A model generated the notes under the pieces. It saw only the letters and a program-made list of their open reading frames with translations. It was not told the origin of the DNA and searched no databases. A stretch of DNA of 64,000 bases from a virus. The stretch lies in the IMG/VR virus record IMGVR_UViG_3300033149_001257, positions 46,458 to 110,457 of that record; one strand, 5' to 3'. Shown in pieces: positions 30,447 to 39,118 of the stretch (the first letter of the stretch is position 1; each line of letters begins with the position of its first letter). The position numbers and the translations under genes were made by a program.

Positions 30447-30695
30447 CTATTGTTTTTTCCTGAAACTTGTGGTAAGGTTTTTAGAAACATCCCGGACATC
30501 ATCATGGTTGGGGAAATTTTTATTTTTTATTTTTTTTAAAAACTCTGACGCTTTCATTACTTCCCGGGGTCCATTAAAATATCTTATGAGTAACGGAAAA
30601 TCTCCGCTTTCTTTCAATATCTTTTTAATACCCGTGACCCCGGTAAAAAAATCGCTGTCTAATGAATTTGATTTCTTTTTTCTATTATCTTTCAT
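30447..30695 (-). CDS. Hypothetical basic protein
   Basis: GAGGAG RBS; 82 aa. Confidence 0.5.
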   Translation of the reverse strand: MKDNRKKKSNSLDSDFFTGVTGIKKILKESGDFPLLIRYFNGPREVMKASEFLKKIKNKNFPNHDDVRDVSKNLTTSFRKKQ

Positions 30696-30949
30696 TTTTG
30701 GCTCCTCTCTGATTTTAATTACTCCGATTTCTAAATTTGGCCCTTAACTGCCCTGTGTTGAGCTTTGGGGGTTCCTGGCGTGTTCTCCAGTCCTCATTCT
30801 CCTTTCATTGAAGATTTGCCCGCGTTCTGCCCTGTCCTACCTGTTCTGTGTCGTTCCCTACGGGCGGTCTTGCCTTTGCCCTATGTATAATGAGTAGAAA
30901 CCCAGAACAGAGAGAGCAAGCAAGAACACTTAAACAGCTAAAACAATAT

Positions 30950-31051
30950 TTGACACTCTCCGTGGCTAAAGCCGGGAGATTCTCGGGACTTCTATGAAGC
31001 CTTCCGAATGGCCTGCCCAGCCATTAAAATATTCATTGCTGCGTTGTGGTC
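30950..31051 (-). ncRNA. TnpB omegaRNA (reRNA) scaffold / IS right end; putative guide from 30949 downward: AUAUUGUUUUAGCUGUUUAA
   Basis: Overlaps the tnpB 3' end; subterminal hairpin CTCCCGGCTTTAGCCACGGAG followed by GTGTCAA. Confidence 0.85.
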
Positions 31052-32083
31052 ACGACCTATCTCCAAACCACACCTACACTTATGCACACGAACTGACAAT
31101 TCTTTTTTGACTATCTTTCCACACTTTGAGCACATCTGGGATGTGTTTTTGGCAGGAACCTCAATGACTTCTTTTCCAACTTCTTCCGCTTTGAAACGAA
31201 GTATATTGAAGAAATTAAACCAAGCAACATCCCTCATAGACCGATTGAGCTTTCTGAATGTTTTCCAACTGTGAAGTTTTTCTATACAGATTATGTCGTT
31301 CTCTTTAACCAACTTATTAGCAACTTTAAAATGAAAATCTCGTCTTTGGTTGGCAATCTTTTCGTGAACCTTAGCGACAAGCAACTTTGCCTTTTTTCTT
31401 CTACTGGAACCTCTCTTTTTACGAGAAAGCGCTTGTTGGCGCTCAGTCAGAACACTATCGGCCTCATTAAGAAATCGGGGATTATCTATGGAATTACCAT
31501 TAGAGTCGGTCAGAAAAGATTCACAGCCCACGTCAATACCGATAGTCTTGCCAGTTTTGGACAACGGTTTACCAGGAACATCTTTACAGGAAAAACAAGC
31601 AAACCATTTCCCGGCTGGGGTTTTGCGGATAGTTACGGTTTTAATTGCGCCCTCGGTAGGCCGAGAAAGTTTCATCTTGAACTTACCAATTTTATTAATA
31701 GTAAAGCACCTTCCGTTAAGTTTCCATCCACATTGTTTAAGTGTGAAAGAATCGTATCTTCCCATCCCCTTGAATCTCGGGAACCCAGCCTTTTCCCCGG
31801 ACTTAACTCTACGGAAAAAAGATTGGTATGATTTATTGAGACGCTCAGTCACGTCCTGGAGTGATTCACTTGGCACTTTTTTAAATTCGGGAAAACCTTT
31901 TTTCAGGTCGGAAAGCTGATTCGCTTGGTCATACCCGGAAATAAATTTCCCGTGACATTTCCAAGCATTTATTCTCTGCTCAAGGCAGAGATTATAAAGT
32001 ATTCTGCAAAGATTAAGAACTTCTTCGGTTTTGGTGAGAGTTTCTCGATTGGCATATATTCTATATTTAAAAGTCTTTTTCAT
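30992..32083 (-). CDS. tnpB: RNA-guided endonuclease TnpB (IS200/IS605)
   Basis: KTFKYRIY HTH, GFPRFK, RuvC-I GIDVG, RuvC-II ICIEKL, TSQMCSKCG zinc finger, RuvC-III RDHNAAMNI; all three catalytic residues present. Confidence 0.95.
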   Translation of the reverse strand: MKKTFKYRIYANRETLTKTEEVLNLCRILYNLCLEQRINAWKCHGKFISGYDQANQLSDLKKGFPEFKKVPSESLQDVTERLNKSYQSFFRRVKSGEKAGFPRFKGMGRYDSFTLKQCGWKLNGRCFTINKIGKFKMKLSRPTEGAIKTVTIRKTPAGKWFACFSCKDVPGKPLSKTGKTIGIDVGCESFLTDSNGNSIDNPRFLNEADSVLTERQQALSRKKRGSSRRKKAKLLVAKVHEKIANQRRDFHFKVANKLVKENDIICIEKLHSWKTFRKLNRSMRDVAWFNFFNILRFKAEEVGKEVIEVPAKNTSQMCSKCGKIVKKELSVRVHKCRCGLEIGRDHNAAMNILMAGQAIRKAS

Positions 32084-32469
32084 TTTTTTGATTGCTCCTC
32101 TATATATTTTTTCACAACCTTACTTGATATATTTCCGGCAGTACATACAAAATATGAATGAGTCCATAGAGAGGGAATTTTTAGCAGGTGTGGAAATTCT
32201 CTACGAAGATAATTTGATGTTCTTCCCTTGAATGCTTTTATTATTTTATGGATAGATATTGTGGGGTATGCTGAAACAAAAACATGGAGATGATCTGGTT
32301 GAATCTCAAAAGCAATTATGTCTATACTTTTTTCTTTAGCAACTTCTCGCATGATTACGCGAAGTCTATTTTTTACTTTTCCTATCAGAACTTTTTTTCT
32401 TCTCTTCGGGCACCATATCAGGTGGTAGTTTATGAGATATATTTGATTGCGTGAATGTTTATATTTCAT
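32080..32469 (-). CDS. tnpA: Y1 HUH transposase TnpA (IS200/IS605)
   Basis: YHLIWCPKRRK, DHLH, KGRTS, LW..SYFV.T.G and YIEEQ motifs. Confidence 0.95.
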   Translation of the reverse strand: MKYKHSRNQIYLINYHLIWCPKRRKKVLIGKVKNRLRVIMREVAKEKSIDIIAFEIQPDHLHVFVSAYPTISIHKIIKAFKGRTSNYLRREFPHLLKIPSLWTHSYFVCTAGNISSKVVKKYIEEQSKK

Positions 32470-32478
32470 CTTGTTGAT

Positions 32479-32507
32479 AGTATAGCATATATCAACAATC
32501 TTGTCAA
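32479..32507 (-). promoter_or_regulatory. sigma70 promoter for tnpA-tnpB (near-leaderless), overlapped by an inverted repeat
   Basis: TTGACA-17-TATACT, ATG 9 nt after the -10; TTGTTGATA...TATCAACAA palindrome. Confidence 0.8.
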
Positions 32508-32515
32508 GGAAAAAA

Positions 32516-34315
32516 TTACTTTTTCTTTTTCGTCCACTTCTTTGTCTTGGGGTCCTGTTTGTAGGTTTCCTTTACTACCGACCACGCCTTCCTGGCAGCA
32601 ACAGCATCTTTGTCGCCTGCCTTCTTTCTTTCCTTATAGACCTTTTCCCATATAGAAACTCCCCCTTTGGGTAGCGATCCCAGGACTGCAACTTCGAGTG
32701 CAAACTCCTCTATGTCATCTGCATATGGGTCCAAATAAAGATGTACGGCATCCTTTGCTGTTGAGGGCCTTGGTTTATTGTCTAGGTCGCCATCTTTTGT
32801 TCTTGGCCTGCCATTCTCATCCATGTTATCGTTTTTCTTATCACCTGCAAGCATCGTGAGTGCCAAGAACGACTGCCCCTGGCTTTTCTCGAAGATGGGT
32901 GTGTAATCCATTGGGTTTTCCTGTTCTTTCTTTTTTCTGGCTAAAATATTAGATGAGTGCCTACCCGTCTCTTCCAGTACCGTGCCGGCATCCATTATGC
33001 CTTGTGAATATAAAACCTTGAGCTCTTCTATCAATACTCTTGGTTCTTTAAGCGCCTGCTCATCAAATCGTACCTTGGGTATGCTTGTTTCTTTTATGAA
33101 GGATTTCCCTGCCCTTCCGTCGGCAGCTATCACATAAACTTCTTCCCACATCCTTGATATTATCCTACGGAGTTTCTTTATGTATGCGATTAAATCCTTC
33201 ATTTTTATATACATCATGCTGTAATTTCCACCTGTTCCAGAAATAAGACTAGACCCTAAATGCGACCATGCCGTTATCCTTTCTAACAGCGCAGAATATT
33301 TCTCCGGTGCCCATACTTTGGGGTCCGGGAAAACATATTTCATTTCCCAGTAATGTTGGGTAAATATCCTTAAAGCCTTTGATACGTTACGGAAGTTGCT
33401 CTTCATTGCCTTTAAATCAGCATCGTTTACCATGTAGGCCTTACTGCCTGCTTTCTGGCCAGATTTAATGGACTCTCCTCCTTTTACATGCAAAACCACG
33501 TTTTTAGTGTAAAAGGCCACCTGTGAATCACCGTCTATGAGCATTTCCAGGATAGATATATCGTAGAATATAGACTGCATCCGCGGGGGGATAAGCCTGT
33601 CGTTTAGCCCCTTTTCGTTCTTCAGTATCACATATTCCCCATCAGCCTCGCTCATTAGCGCATACTGGCGTGTTTCGTCAGCCCCGTTGCCATTGGCTGC
33701 CTCGTAAAATTTCTTTGCTGTAGCATCCTCGCCTATAAGCGATTCTATTGCTGTTCTTGCGTTTTCATCGGAATTAGAAACAGTGAAAACCTTTGCCATC
33801 TCGGCATCTGGTTTCACATACACCAACTTCTTGCCCCACAATGGAACCACCTTACACAACTCGGGGTCAAGCATTACGATGTAATCTATTTTCTTTGTTT
33901 GCGTATCCTTTTTTACCAGGATAAGGGCATTTGACTTCGTTACCATGTTTTCCCATGTAGTGAGCATCCTACTGTCAATGTCGTGTTCTTTACCGAAATC
34001 ATCGAAAAACTTACCGGCAACCTTTTCGTCAGGAGTTGAGTTATGGTATCCTGCCATTCCAAAGTTTACCGTGGTATCAACTATCGCCTGGATATAAGCA
34101 TTTTCATCCCGATACTTTTGAGCCCTACTGAATTTATCTGTAAGGTCCACAGGGATAGCGTTCTGCCTCATATTCTTTAATACCCCAGTATTGGCATAGT
34201 TATCAAGTGACATTGCCACCAATTCCCCATTGCCGTCCATGGTCCATCCTACCATTGGGGCCATCTCCTTTTTACCTGTAGATTTATTTGTTTTACCTGG
34301 TTTTCTTTTGGCCAT
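32516..34315 (-). CDS. Portal protein with C-terminal ChaB-like domain
   Basis: Position after TerL, size and GRP tail motif; C-terminal LPKGGVSIWEKVY...AARKAWSVVKETYKQ...W. Confidence 0.75.
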   Translation of the reverse strand: MAKRKPGKTNKSTGKKEMAPMVGWTMDGNGELVAMSLDNYANTGVLKNMRQNAIPVDLTDKFSRAQKYRDENAYIQAIVDTTVNFGMAGYHNSTPDEKVAGKFFDDFGKEHDIDSRMLTTWENMVTKSNALILVKKDTQTKKIDYIVMLDPELCKVVPLWGKKLVYVKPDAEMAKVFTVSNSDENARTAIESLIGEDATAKKFYEAANGNGADETRQYALMSEADGEYVILKNEKGLNDRLIPPRMQSIFYDISILEMLIDGDSQVAFYTKNVVLHVKGGESIKSGQKAGSKAYMVNDADLKAMKSNFRNVSKALRIFTQHYWEMKYVFPDPKVWAPEKYSALLERITAWSHLGSSLISGTGGNYSMMYIKMKDLIAYIKKLRRIISRMWEEVYVIAADGRAGKSFIKETSIPKVRFDEQALKEPRVLIEELKVLYSQGIMDAGTVLEETGRHSSNILARKKKEQENPMDYTPIFEKSQGQSFLALTMLAGDKKNDNMDENGRPRTKDGDLDNKPRPSTAKDAVHLYLDPYADDIEEFALEVAVLGSLPKGGVSIWEKVYKERKKAGDKDAVAARKAWSVVKETYKQDPKTKKWTKKKK

Positions 34316-34369
34316 TGGTTCCTCCTTTTTAGATTAATCCTATGTGTTTTTTAATATGAACTGCCACGT

Positions 34370-34612
34370 TTAATCTTTGCCCATCTTGAGGATTTGTATT
34401 ATTATATCACTCAACCCTGCGCCTATCCACGCAAGAACCTCGTCAGTTTCGTCGGCAACGTAGTATCTTATGTCACCCACTATTTTTTCAGAAACTTCTT
34501 GCCCTTTTTCTTCCGCCTCTTTTTGAAAATCATTAATCAGTTTTTTAATCTTGTCAGATTCTTCTTTTGTGAACATTAAATCCTCCTTAAAATATAGTAT
34601 CTGCGATTCCAC
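34370..34612 (-). CDS. Hypothetical protein
   Basis: AGGAGG RBS before an internal ATG (MFTKEE). Confidence 0.5.
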   Translation of the reverse strand: MESQILYFKEDLMFTKEESDKIKKLINDFQKEAEEKGQEVSEKIVGDIRYYVADETDEVLAWIGAGLSDIIIQILKMGKD

Positions 34613-36410
34613 CGCTCATTACATCATCACCATCATCAGCGCCACCGTCGTCTGTTACCATGCAGGTCTTTTTAATTTCGCTGTCTACTTCGTCTTTAGC
34701 CAACAAGGTTTCATATACATCTATGGCAAATAAAGCATAAACAAAGCTCATGAAAGCATCGGTCTTGCCGTGTTGTTTAATATACTTGAATACCCCATTT
34801 TTAGTCTTCATTGGTAATCCACTTGCGTCCTTGGCTCTGCCTATATTGCCGGACTCCGCCTTTATGTCTTTAATCACGGACATTACCGCGGACTTGCCTG
34901 TTATGTCATATGCTCGTAAAGGAACAGACTGTCCATTCACTATTGTGAATTCTTCGTATTCTGATGGCAGCTTTATTCTCTCTTTTTCCATTCTTGCCTT
35001 GGCTATTGTGTGGATTTTGTCTACCAGGACATCATCCCCGAGCATTTTACCATAGGCCCTTTTTACTGTTTCGTTCCGGCTAACCCACAATAAGCAGTGG
35101 TGCCCCTCTTTATCCTCGTCATCCACTCTCAGCATGGGCGTTACTTCCTTTTCTATACCATTTACTGTTATTTTCTCAAGTTCAAGGCGCTCTGCTACCC
35201 AGTGTCCACCGCCCCCTGGGTCCATGGCGAGATATATGAAATTAAATGCCTTATCTGCCGTATGTATAATATCTGCCATTTCGTCCTCAGATATACCCCT
35301 CACCTTTATGGCATGTACCACGCAATCCTCTTTTGAGTTGGTTTTGTGGTATTTTATGACTGTTAATGTGAAGAAATCGCCTTTATTGTCATATCCTTTT
35401 GCTACATCGCATCCCCCGAAATACCTGTCTTTTTTGCTGCCTTTCAGCTCTATCTTTAAATATGGTACAAATAGTGGGAAAAACAGGGTTGATGGATATA
35501 CCTCGCTACCGCCCTCTACCCATTTGCCAAGCCATTCCATATCAAAAGAATCTTTGTCCATTATCTCTTTATCCATGGCTAATTGCGTTTGGTCTATTGT
35601 CCATAGGAATTCTTTTGAAACATGAGTATAATTTCTATTAAAATGGACTACAGACAACTCTCCCTTTTTTTCTTCCCTGTCAAACCATTCCACGCGCTTA
35701 TATGCGGCATTTAACTTGTAATTTGCCGAGGATTCATATATAATCTGGTTATCATAGACCATGTCCCCTGTTTTCTCAAACATAGGGCTCTTAACCTCTG
35801 TTACTATAGGGCCTATTACGTCCGTGAGTATCTTCTGGTCCGGGAAGAATGTCCATTCGTTCACTATGGCACCATTCCATCTCTGACTACGGAGCCGGAG
35901 GCCCTTCCCCCGGAGAATATATGGGGGTATCACGACGAATTCAGAGTTATTTGTGTACTTAATTGAGTGAATATCCGGACCATGGAACGGTTTAGCCTCA
36001 CTATTTGACGTTTTTCCCCTTATTTCTGCCTGATATACGGGGCATTTCTCAAACCACCTATCAACATATTTTACGAATATATCCTTAGCGCCACCGAATG
36101 TGTGTGAAATAAAGCCCCATTTCTGATTATCTATCAATATACACTTCATGTGTGCAATTAAGTAGTAAATAAAGGTTTTTGCGTTATCTCTACCGGAATC
36201 GTCCAGGACAAAGTGGGTTTTCCATGCGGCCTCAAATCGTTCTTTCTGATGCGGAGCGAATCCCTTCCCATACAGGGGGTCAAATATCGTCTGTGCGGCA
36301 TATATTGGGTCCTGTAGCATTTGCAGCTTAACCTCTGCCGTTAATATTGGCTTTGTGTTATTTCCACGAATCATATTTATTGTCCTTTTTGTATTTATTT
36401 GATATGTCAT
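34587..36410 (-). CDS. terL: Terminase large subunit
   Basis: PHQ (Q motif), SGRDNAKT Walker A, LRSQRW...IVNEW Walker B, YESSA, F.MEW.G.W, GCDVA nuclease, MDPGGGG, KTDAF; true start may be MIRGNN (36374). Confidence 0.9.
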   Translation of the reverse strand: MTYQINTKRTINMIRGNNTKPILTAEVKLQMLQDPIYAAQTIFDPLYGKGFAPHQKERFEAAWKTHFVLDDSGRDNAKTFIYYLIAHMKCILIDNQKWGFISHTFGGAKDIFVKYVDRWFEKCPVYQAEIRGKTSNSEAKPFHGPDIHSIKYTNNSEFVVIPPYILRGKGLRLRSQRWNGAIVNEWTFFPDQKILTDVIGPIVTEVKSPMFEKTGDMVYDNQIIYESSANYKLNAAYKRVEWFDREEKKGELSVVHFNRNYTHVSKEFLWTIDQTQLAMDKEIMDKDSFDMEWLGKWVEGGSEVYPSTLFFPLFVPYLKIELKGSKKDRYFGGCDVAKGYDNKGDFFTLTVIKYHKTNSKEDCVVHAIKVRGISEDEMADIIHTADKAFNFIYLAMDPGGGGHWVAERLELEKITVNGIEKEVTPMLRVDDEDKEGHHCLLWVSRNETVKRAYGKMLGDDVLVDKIHTIAKARMEKERIKLPSEYEEFTIVNGQSVPLRAYDITGKSAVMSVIKDIKAESGNIGRAKDASGLPMKTKNGVFKYIKQHGKTDAFMSFVYALFAIDVYETLLAKDEVDSEIKKTCMVTDDGGADDGDDVMSGGIADTIF

Positions 36411-37077
36411 CGAGTTGCTTTTTGCGTGCCGCCTCTTCTCTATCCCTCAGAGACCCCTCACCCCCTAATTTTCCACCCTTCTTACCTATCAATCCCATGT
36501 CAATTTTTATCTGCCGTCTCTCTCTTTCGGCCTCCTTGATTAGAGAATTCCACCCCTTCGCCTGTTCCACATTGGACGCATTGTTCATCTTTCGGGTCAT
36601 TCTCCACACTATCAAATCCTTGTCTATTATTGACCGAATTGCCTCTCTGTGAAGAAAATTGCCCATGTCAACCCCCGGCATTTTACTATAATCTGATATT
36701 TTTTCCAGAACTATTGCCATTTCGTGGGGATTATATTCATAACCACTAAATAATTCAGAACGAACCGGCTTCATGCACGCATCCATCTGCGCCTTAAATG
36801 TTTCAGCATCCTCACTTACTTTTATATTGGACCTGATTAATATGACATTGTTGATAAATGCCAACGGCCCCTTGGATACTTGCATACCATACTGCCATTC
36901 ATCGTCCCCTGTCCATGTTCCGGCAGCCTTCCCCTCCTCTTTCTTTTTTATCCACTTCTCACGATTGTTAATCATGTATTCTTTGGCTCGTTTCACATCC
37001 TCGTCGGTACATGGTATCATACAGATGTCATGCTCATATAAGCGCTTACGTTTGGATATTTCTTTTTCCTCATCCAT
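36358..37077 (-). CDS. Probable terminase small subunit
   Basis: Directly upstream of terL; helical, with a DMGL motif near the C-terminus. Confidence 0.5.
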   Translation of the reverse strand: MDEEKEISKRKRLYEHDICMIPCTDEDVKRAKEYMINNREKWIKKKEEGKAAGTWTGDDEWQYGMQVSKGPLAFINNVILIRSNIKVSEDAETFKAQMDACMKPVRSELFSGYEYNPHEMAIVLEKISDYSKMPGVDMGNFLHREAIRSIIDKDLIVWRMTRKMNNASNVEQAKGWNSLIKEAERERRQIKIDMGLIGKKGGKLGGEGSLRDREEAARKKQLDDISNKYKKDNKYDSWK

Positions 37078-37258
37078 TTGCCTTCTCCTTGAAAATGATT
37101 TCTCCCGCGAACTTAATTGATTTGATTTTGCCCTTGGCTATTTGAGTTGTAATCACTATATATGGGAACAATTCCCTAATGAGATTTTCTACCTTTTTCT
37201 TCTCATCTTCGGTTTTTCCCATGGTATCTTCCAGTATTTCAGGTTTAATCGCTTCCAT
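37070..37258 (-). CDS. Hypothetical protein (first gene of late arm)
   Basis: Downstream of the leftward promoter. Confidence 0.5.
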   Translation of the reverse strand: MEAIKPEILEDTMGKTEDEKKKVENLIRELFPYIVITTQIAKGKIKSIKFAGEIIFKEKANG

Positions 37259-37301
37259 TTATATCACGCTTACCTTTTTTTAACTAATATTTACACCTCA
37301 T

Positions 37302-37330
37302 ATTTTACCATAACCTCAAACAAAAGTCAA
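37302..37330 (-). promoter_or_regulatory. Leftward promoter (virion arm)
   Basis: TTGACT-17-TAAAAT with extended -10 TG. Confidence 0.75.
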
Positions 37331-37422
37331 CAATTTTGGAATATTTCTCCCCTCTTTTTTTTCAGGCCAATTTAATATTATTTGCCAAATATTAAAATAC
37401 CGACGAGGATTGAATTATTTAC

Positions 37423-37451
37423 TTGACAAGATATTATGGATATGGTATACT
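37423..37451 (+). promoter_or_regulatory. Rightward promoter (early arm)
   Basis: TTGACA-17-TATACT with extended -10 TG. Confidence 0.85.
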
Positions 37452-37525
37452 CCTTTTGAAACGAAAGGAATGTGTGAAATGGGAATAAGGCATCGGAGAA
37501 ATCATTTAATTAATTTTTGTTTTAT

Positions 37526-37600
37526 GTGGGGTGTGGACACTTCCCTCGGTACTAAGGCTTTGCCTGAACCCGGCTCCGATGAGTCTGCACCCCGCTTTTT
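37526..37600 (+). terminator. Leader hairpin / possible attenuator whose loop is antisense to the omegaRNA scaffold
   Basis: 13-bp stem GTGGGGTGTGGAC/GTCTGCACCCCGC (G.U pairs favour the plus strand) followed by T5. Confidence 0.55.
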
Positions 37601-37627
37601 ATGGGGTAAGAAAGAGAGGATTGTATA

Positions 37628-37903
37628 ATGAGAATTGAGTGGTCACTGAATGGGGAATCCTATGTTTCCGAGGGAACCATGGATGAGTGTATGAAAATGA
37701 TTAGTCGGTTCACTTTGAAGATTTGTGAAGAGTGTGATGCATCTTCTGCCATAGATGATTTGAATGAAATTAAGGTAAACTTCAAAGCCTTCTGTCGTGG
37801 TGATATTGATGGCATTGAATTTGCAGATGCAATTTCAGATATATTTGAAAGAATTGAAAGGTGCACCAAGTGTAAGCATACGACGAAGGGAGGGATTGTA
37901 TAA
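37628..37903 (+). CDS. Hypothetical protein, paralog family A
   Basis: MRIEW...EGTMDEC, shared with 37903 and 45622. Confidence 0.65.
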   Translation: MRIEWSLNGESYVSEGTMDECMKMISRFTLKICEECDASSAIDDLNEIKVNFKAFCRGDIDGIEFADAISDIFERIERCTKCKHTTKGGIV

Positions 37904-38166
37904 TGAAAATTGAATTATCCCGGGATGGAATATTGTTCGCTATTGAGGGAAATAAAGCAGAGTGTATGGAAATGCTCAATGTCGCCATGGAGGATATATT
38001 CAAGGATAAAGGTGTCCTATCTTCCAAGGCGGATAAGTTTAATAAAATAAAAAGGGCTGCTATACTTCACCACTTTGGATTAACCTCACGGTCCAAACTT
38101 ATGGATGTTGTTGAGGGGGTGATGTTCCCATCGGACTCTGTGTGGGTTGGTGGTGAGGAACATTAG
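37903..38166 (+). CDS. Hypothetical protein, paralog family A
   Basis: MKIEL...EGNKAEC; same upstream GGATTGTATAATG as the previous gene. Confidence 0.65.
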   Translation: MKIELSRDGILFAIEGNKAECMEMLNVAMEDIFKDKGVLSSKADKFNKIKRAAILHHFGLTSRSKLMDVVEGVMFPSDSVWVGGEEH

Positions 38167-38282
38167 GCATGTGGCACAAGAGGGGCGGTAGAGTTAATCG
38201 TGTTTCTCCGGACGGCTCGCTAATTAGTATATCCAGCGCTCTAACGAAGAAACTCCTGCCCTAAAAAAAGGAGAATGGCAAT

Positions 38283-38657
38283 ATGAAAAAGAAAAGAAAG
38301 CTGAATCGTAAAACTTATTATTTCTATGATGAACCTATCGGGGTCGCACTATGTTTCGGGGCTTTTAAGTATATCTTGACATGGTTTCTTTCCCGACATC
38401 CAAAGAAGTTGGTGAAGTGCGTGGACATTCCAATGAGTTTTATTTTTGCTTGGTTAGAAAGAACCCATGATGATGCTGTCGCTAAAGACTTGAATGGGAA
38501 ATGTGAGGGCTTGAAAGGGTGTAACCCCTCGCGTGAGGCAAGAAGGCTCTTGGAGCATTATATAAATAAGTTGGACTTATTAGAAAAGCTGAAAATGGAG
38601 CATGAGAAACTGGTGTACTCACAGCAAAGGTTGTGTAATATGGAAAAATTTGATTAG
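38283..38657 (+). CDS. Hypothetical protein
   Basis: AGGAG RBS. Confidence 0.55.
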   Translation: MKKKRKLNRKTYYFYDEPIGVALCFGAFKYILTWFLSRHPKKLVKCVDIPMSFIFAWLERTHDDAVAKDLNGKCEGLKGCNPSREARRLLEHYINKLDLLEKLKMEHEKLVYSQQRLCNMEKFD

Positions 38658-38797
38658 GCAAGTAATTAAAAGGAGGATACGGCAATGGCAGACAAAGTTA
38701 AGGTTCCAGAAAACTGGGATAAAATATGGAGAGATACTTACCTCTCTCAGGTTGCAGATAAAAAGAGGTTGGCTATAGCAAGTAATAAATAGGGGAT

Positions 38798-39118
38798 ATG
38801 GAAATGACAAAAAAACAATGCACTAAATGTAAGGAGTGGAAAGAAGTAAATACCGATAATTTTTATAAGGATAAGTCCATGAAGGATGGATTTCGAGGGC
38901 AGTGTAAGAAGTGTAATATGGCATATGCGATGGTCTACCGTAAAGAAAATAAAGAGAAGATTGCGGCGGCATGTAAGAAATGGCAAGAAAAAAATAAAGA
39001 TAGGTGTATTGAGTGTGGAAAACTCATCAGTCCAACAGCTATGAGATGTAAACCCCGCCTTGGTATACTCACTAGCGACAAATGTAAAGAAAAGAAAGAT
39101 GCGCGTTGGTATGAATAG
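38798..39118 (+). CDS. Zinc-finger protein resembling the N-terminus of phage HNH / endoVII nucleases, no nuclease domain
   Basis: KQCTKCKEWK...FYKDK..KDG.RGQCKKC. Confidence 0.6.
   Translation: MEMTKKQCTKCKEWKEVNTDNFYKDKSMKDGFRGQCKKCNMAYAMVYRKENKEKIAAACKKWQEKNKDRCIECGKLISPTAMRCKPRLGILTSDKCKEKKDARWYE

Noticed and set aside
26163-31051. Scaffold repeats read as a CRISPR array
   Set aside because: The copies are kilobases apart with no regular repeat-spacer spacing, and there are no cas genes.
41-37375. Many plus-strand ORFs over the virion arm, and minus-strand ORFs over the early arm
   Set aside because: Antisense shadows of real genes, lacking RBS and motifs.
38178-38262. Possible tRNA or tmRNA
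   Set aside because: No T-loop GTTCRA, cloverleaf or CCA end; no tRNA genes were recognised in the window.
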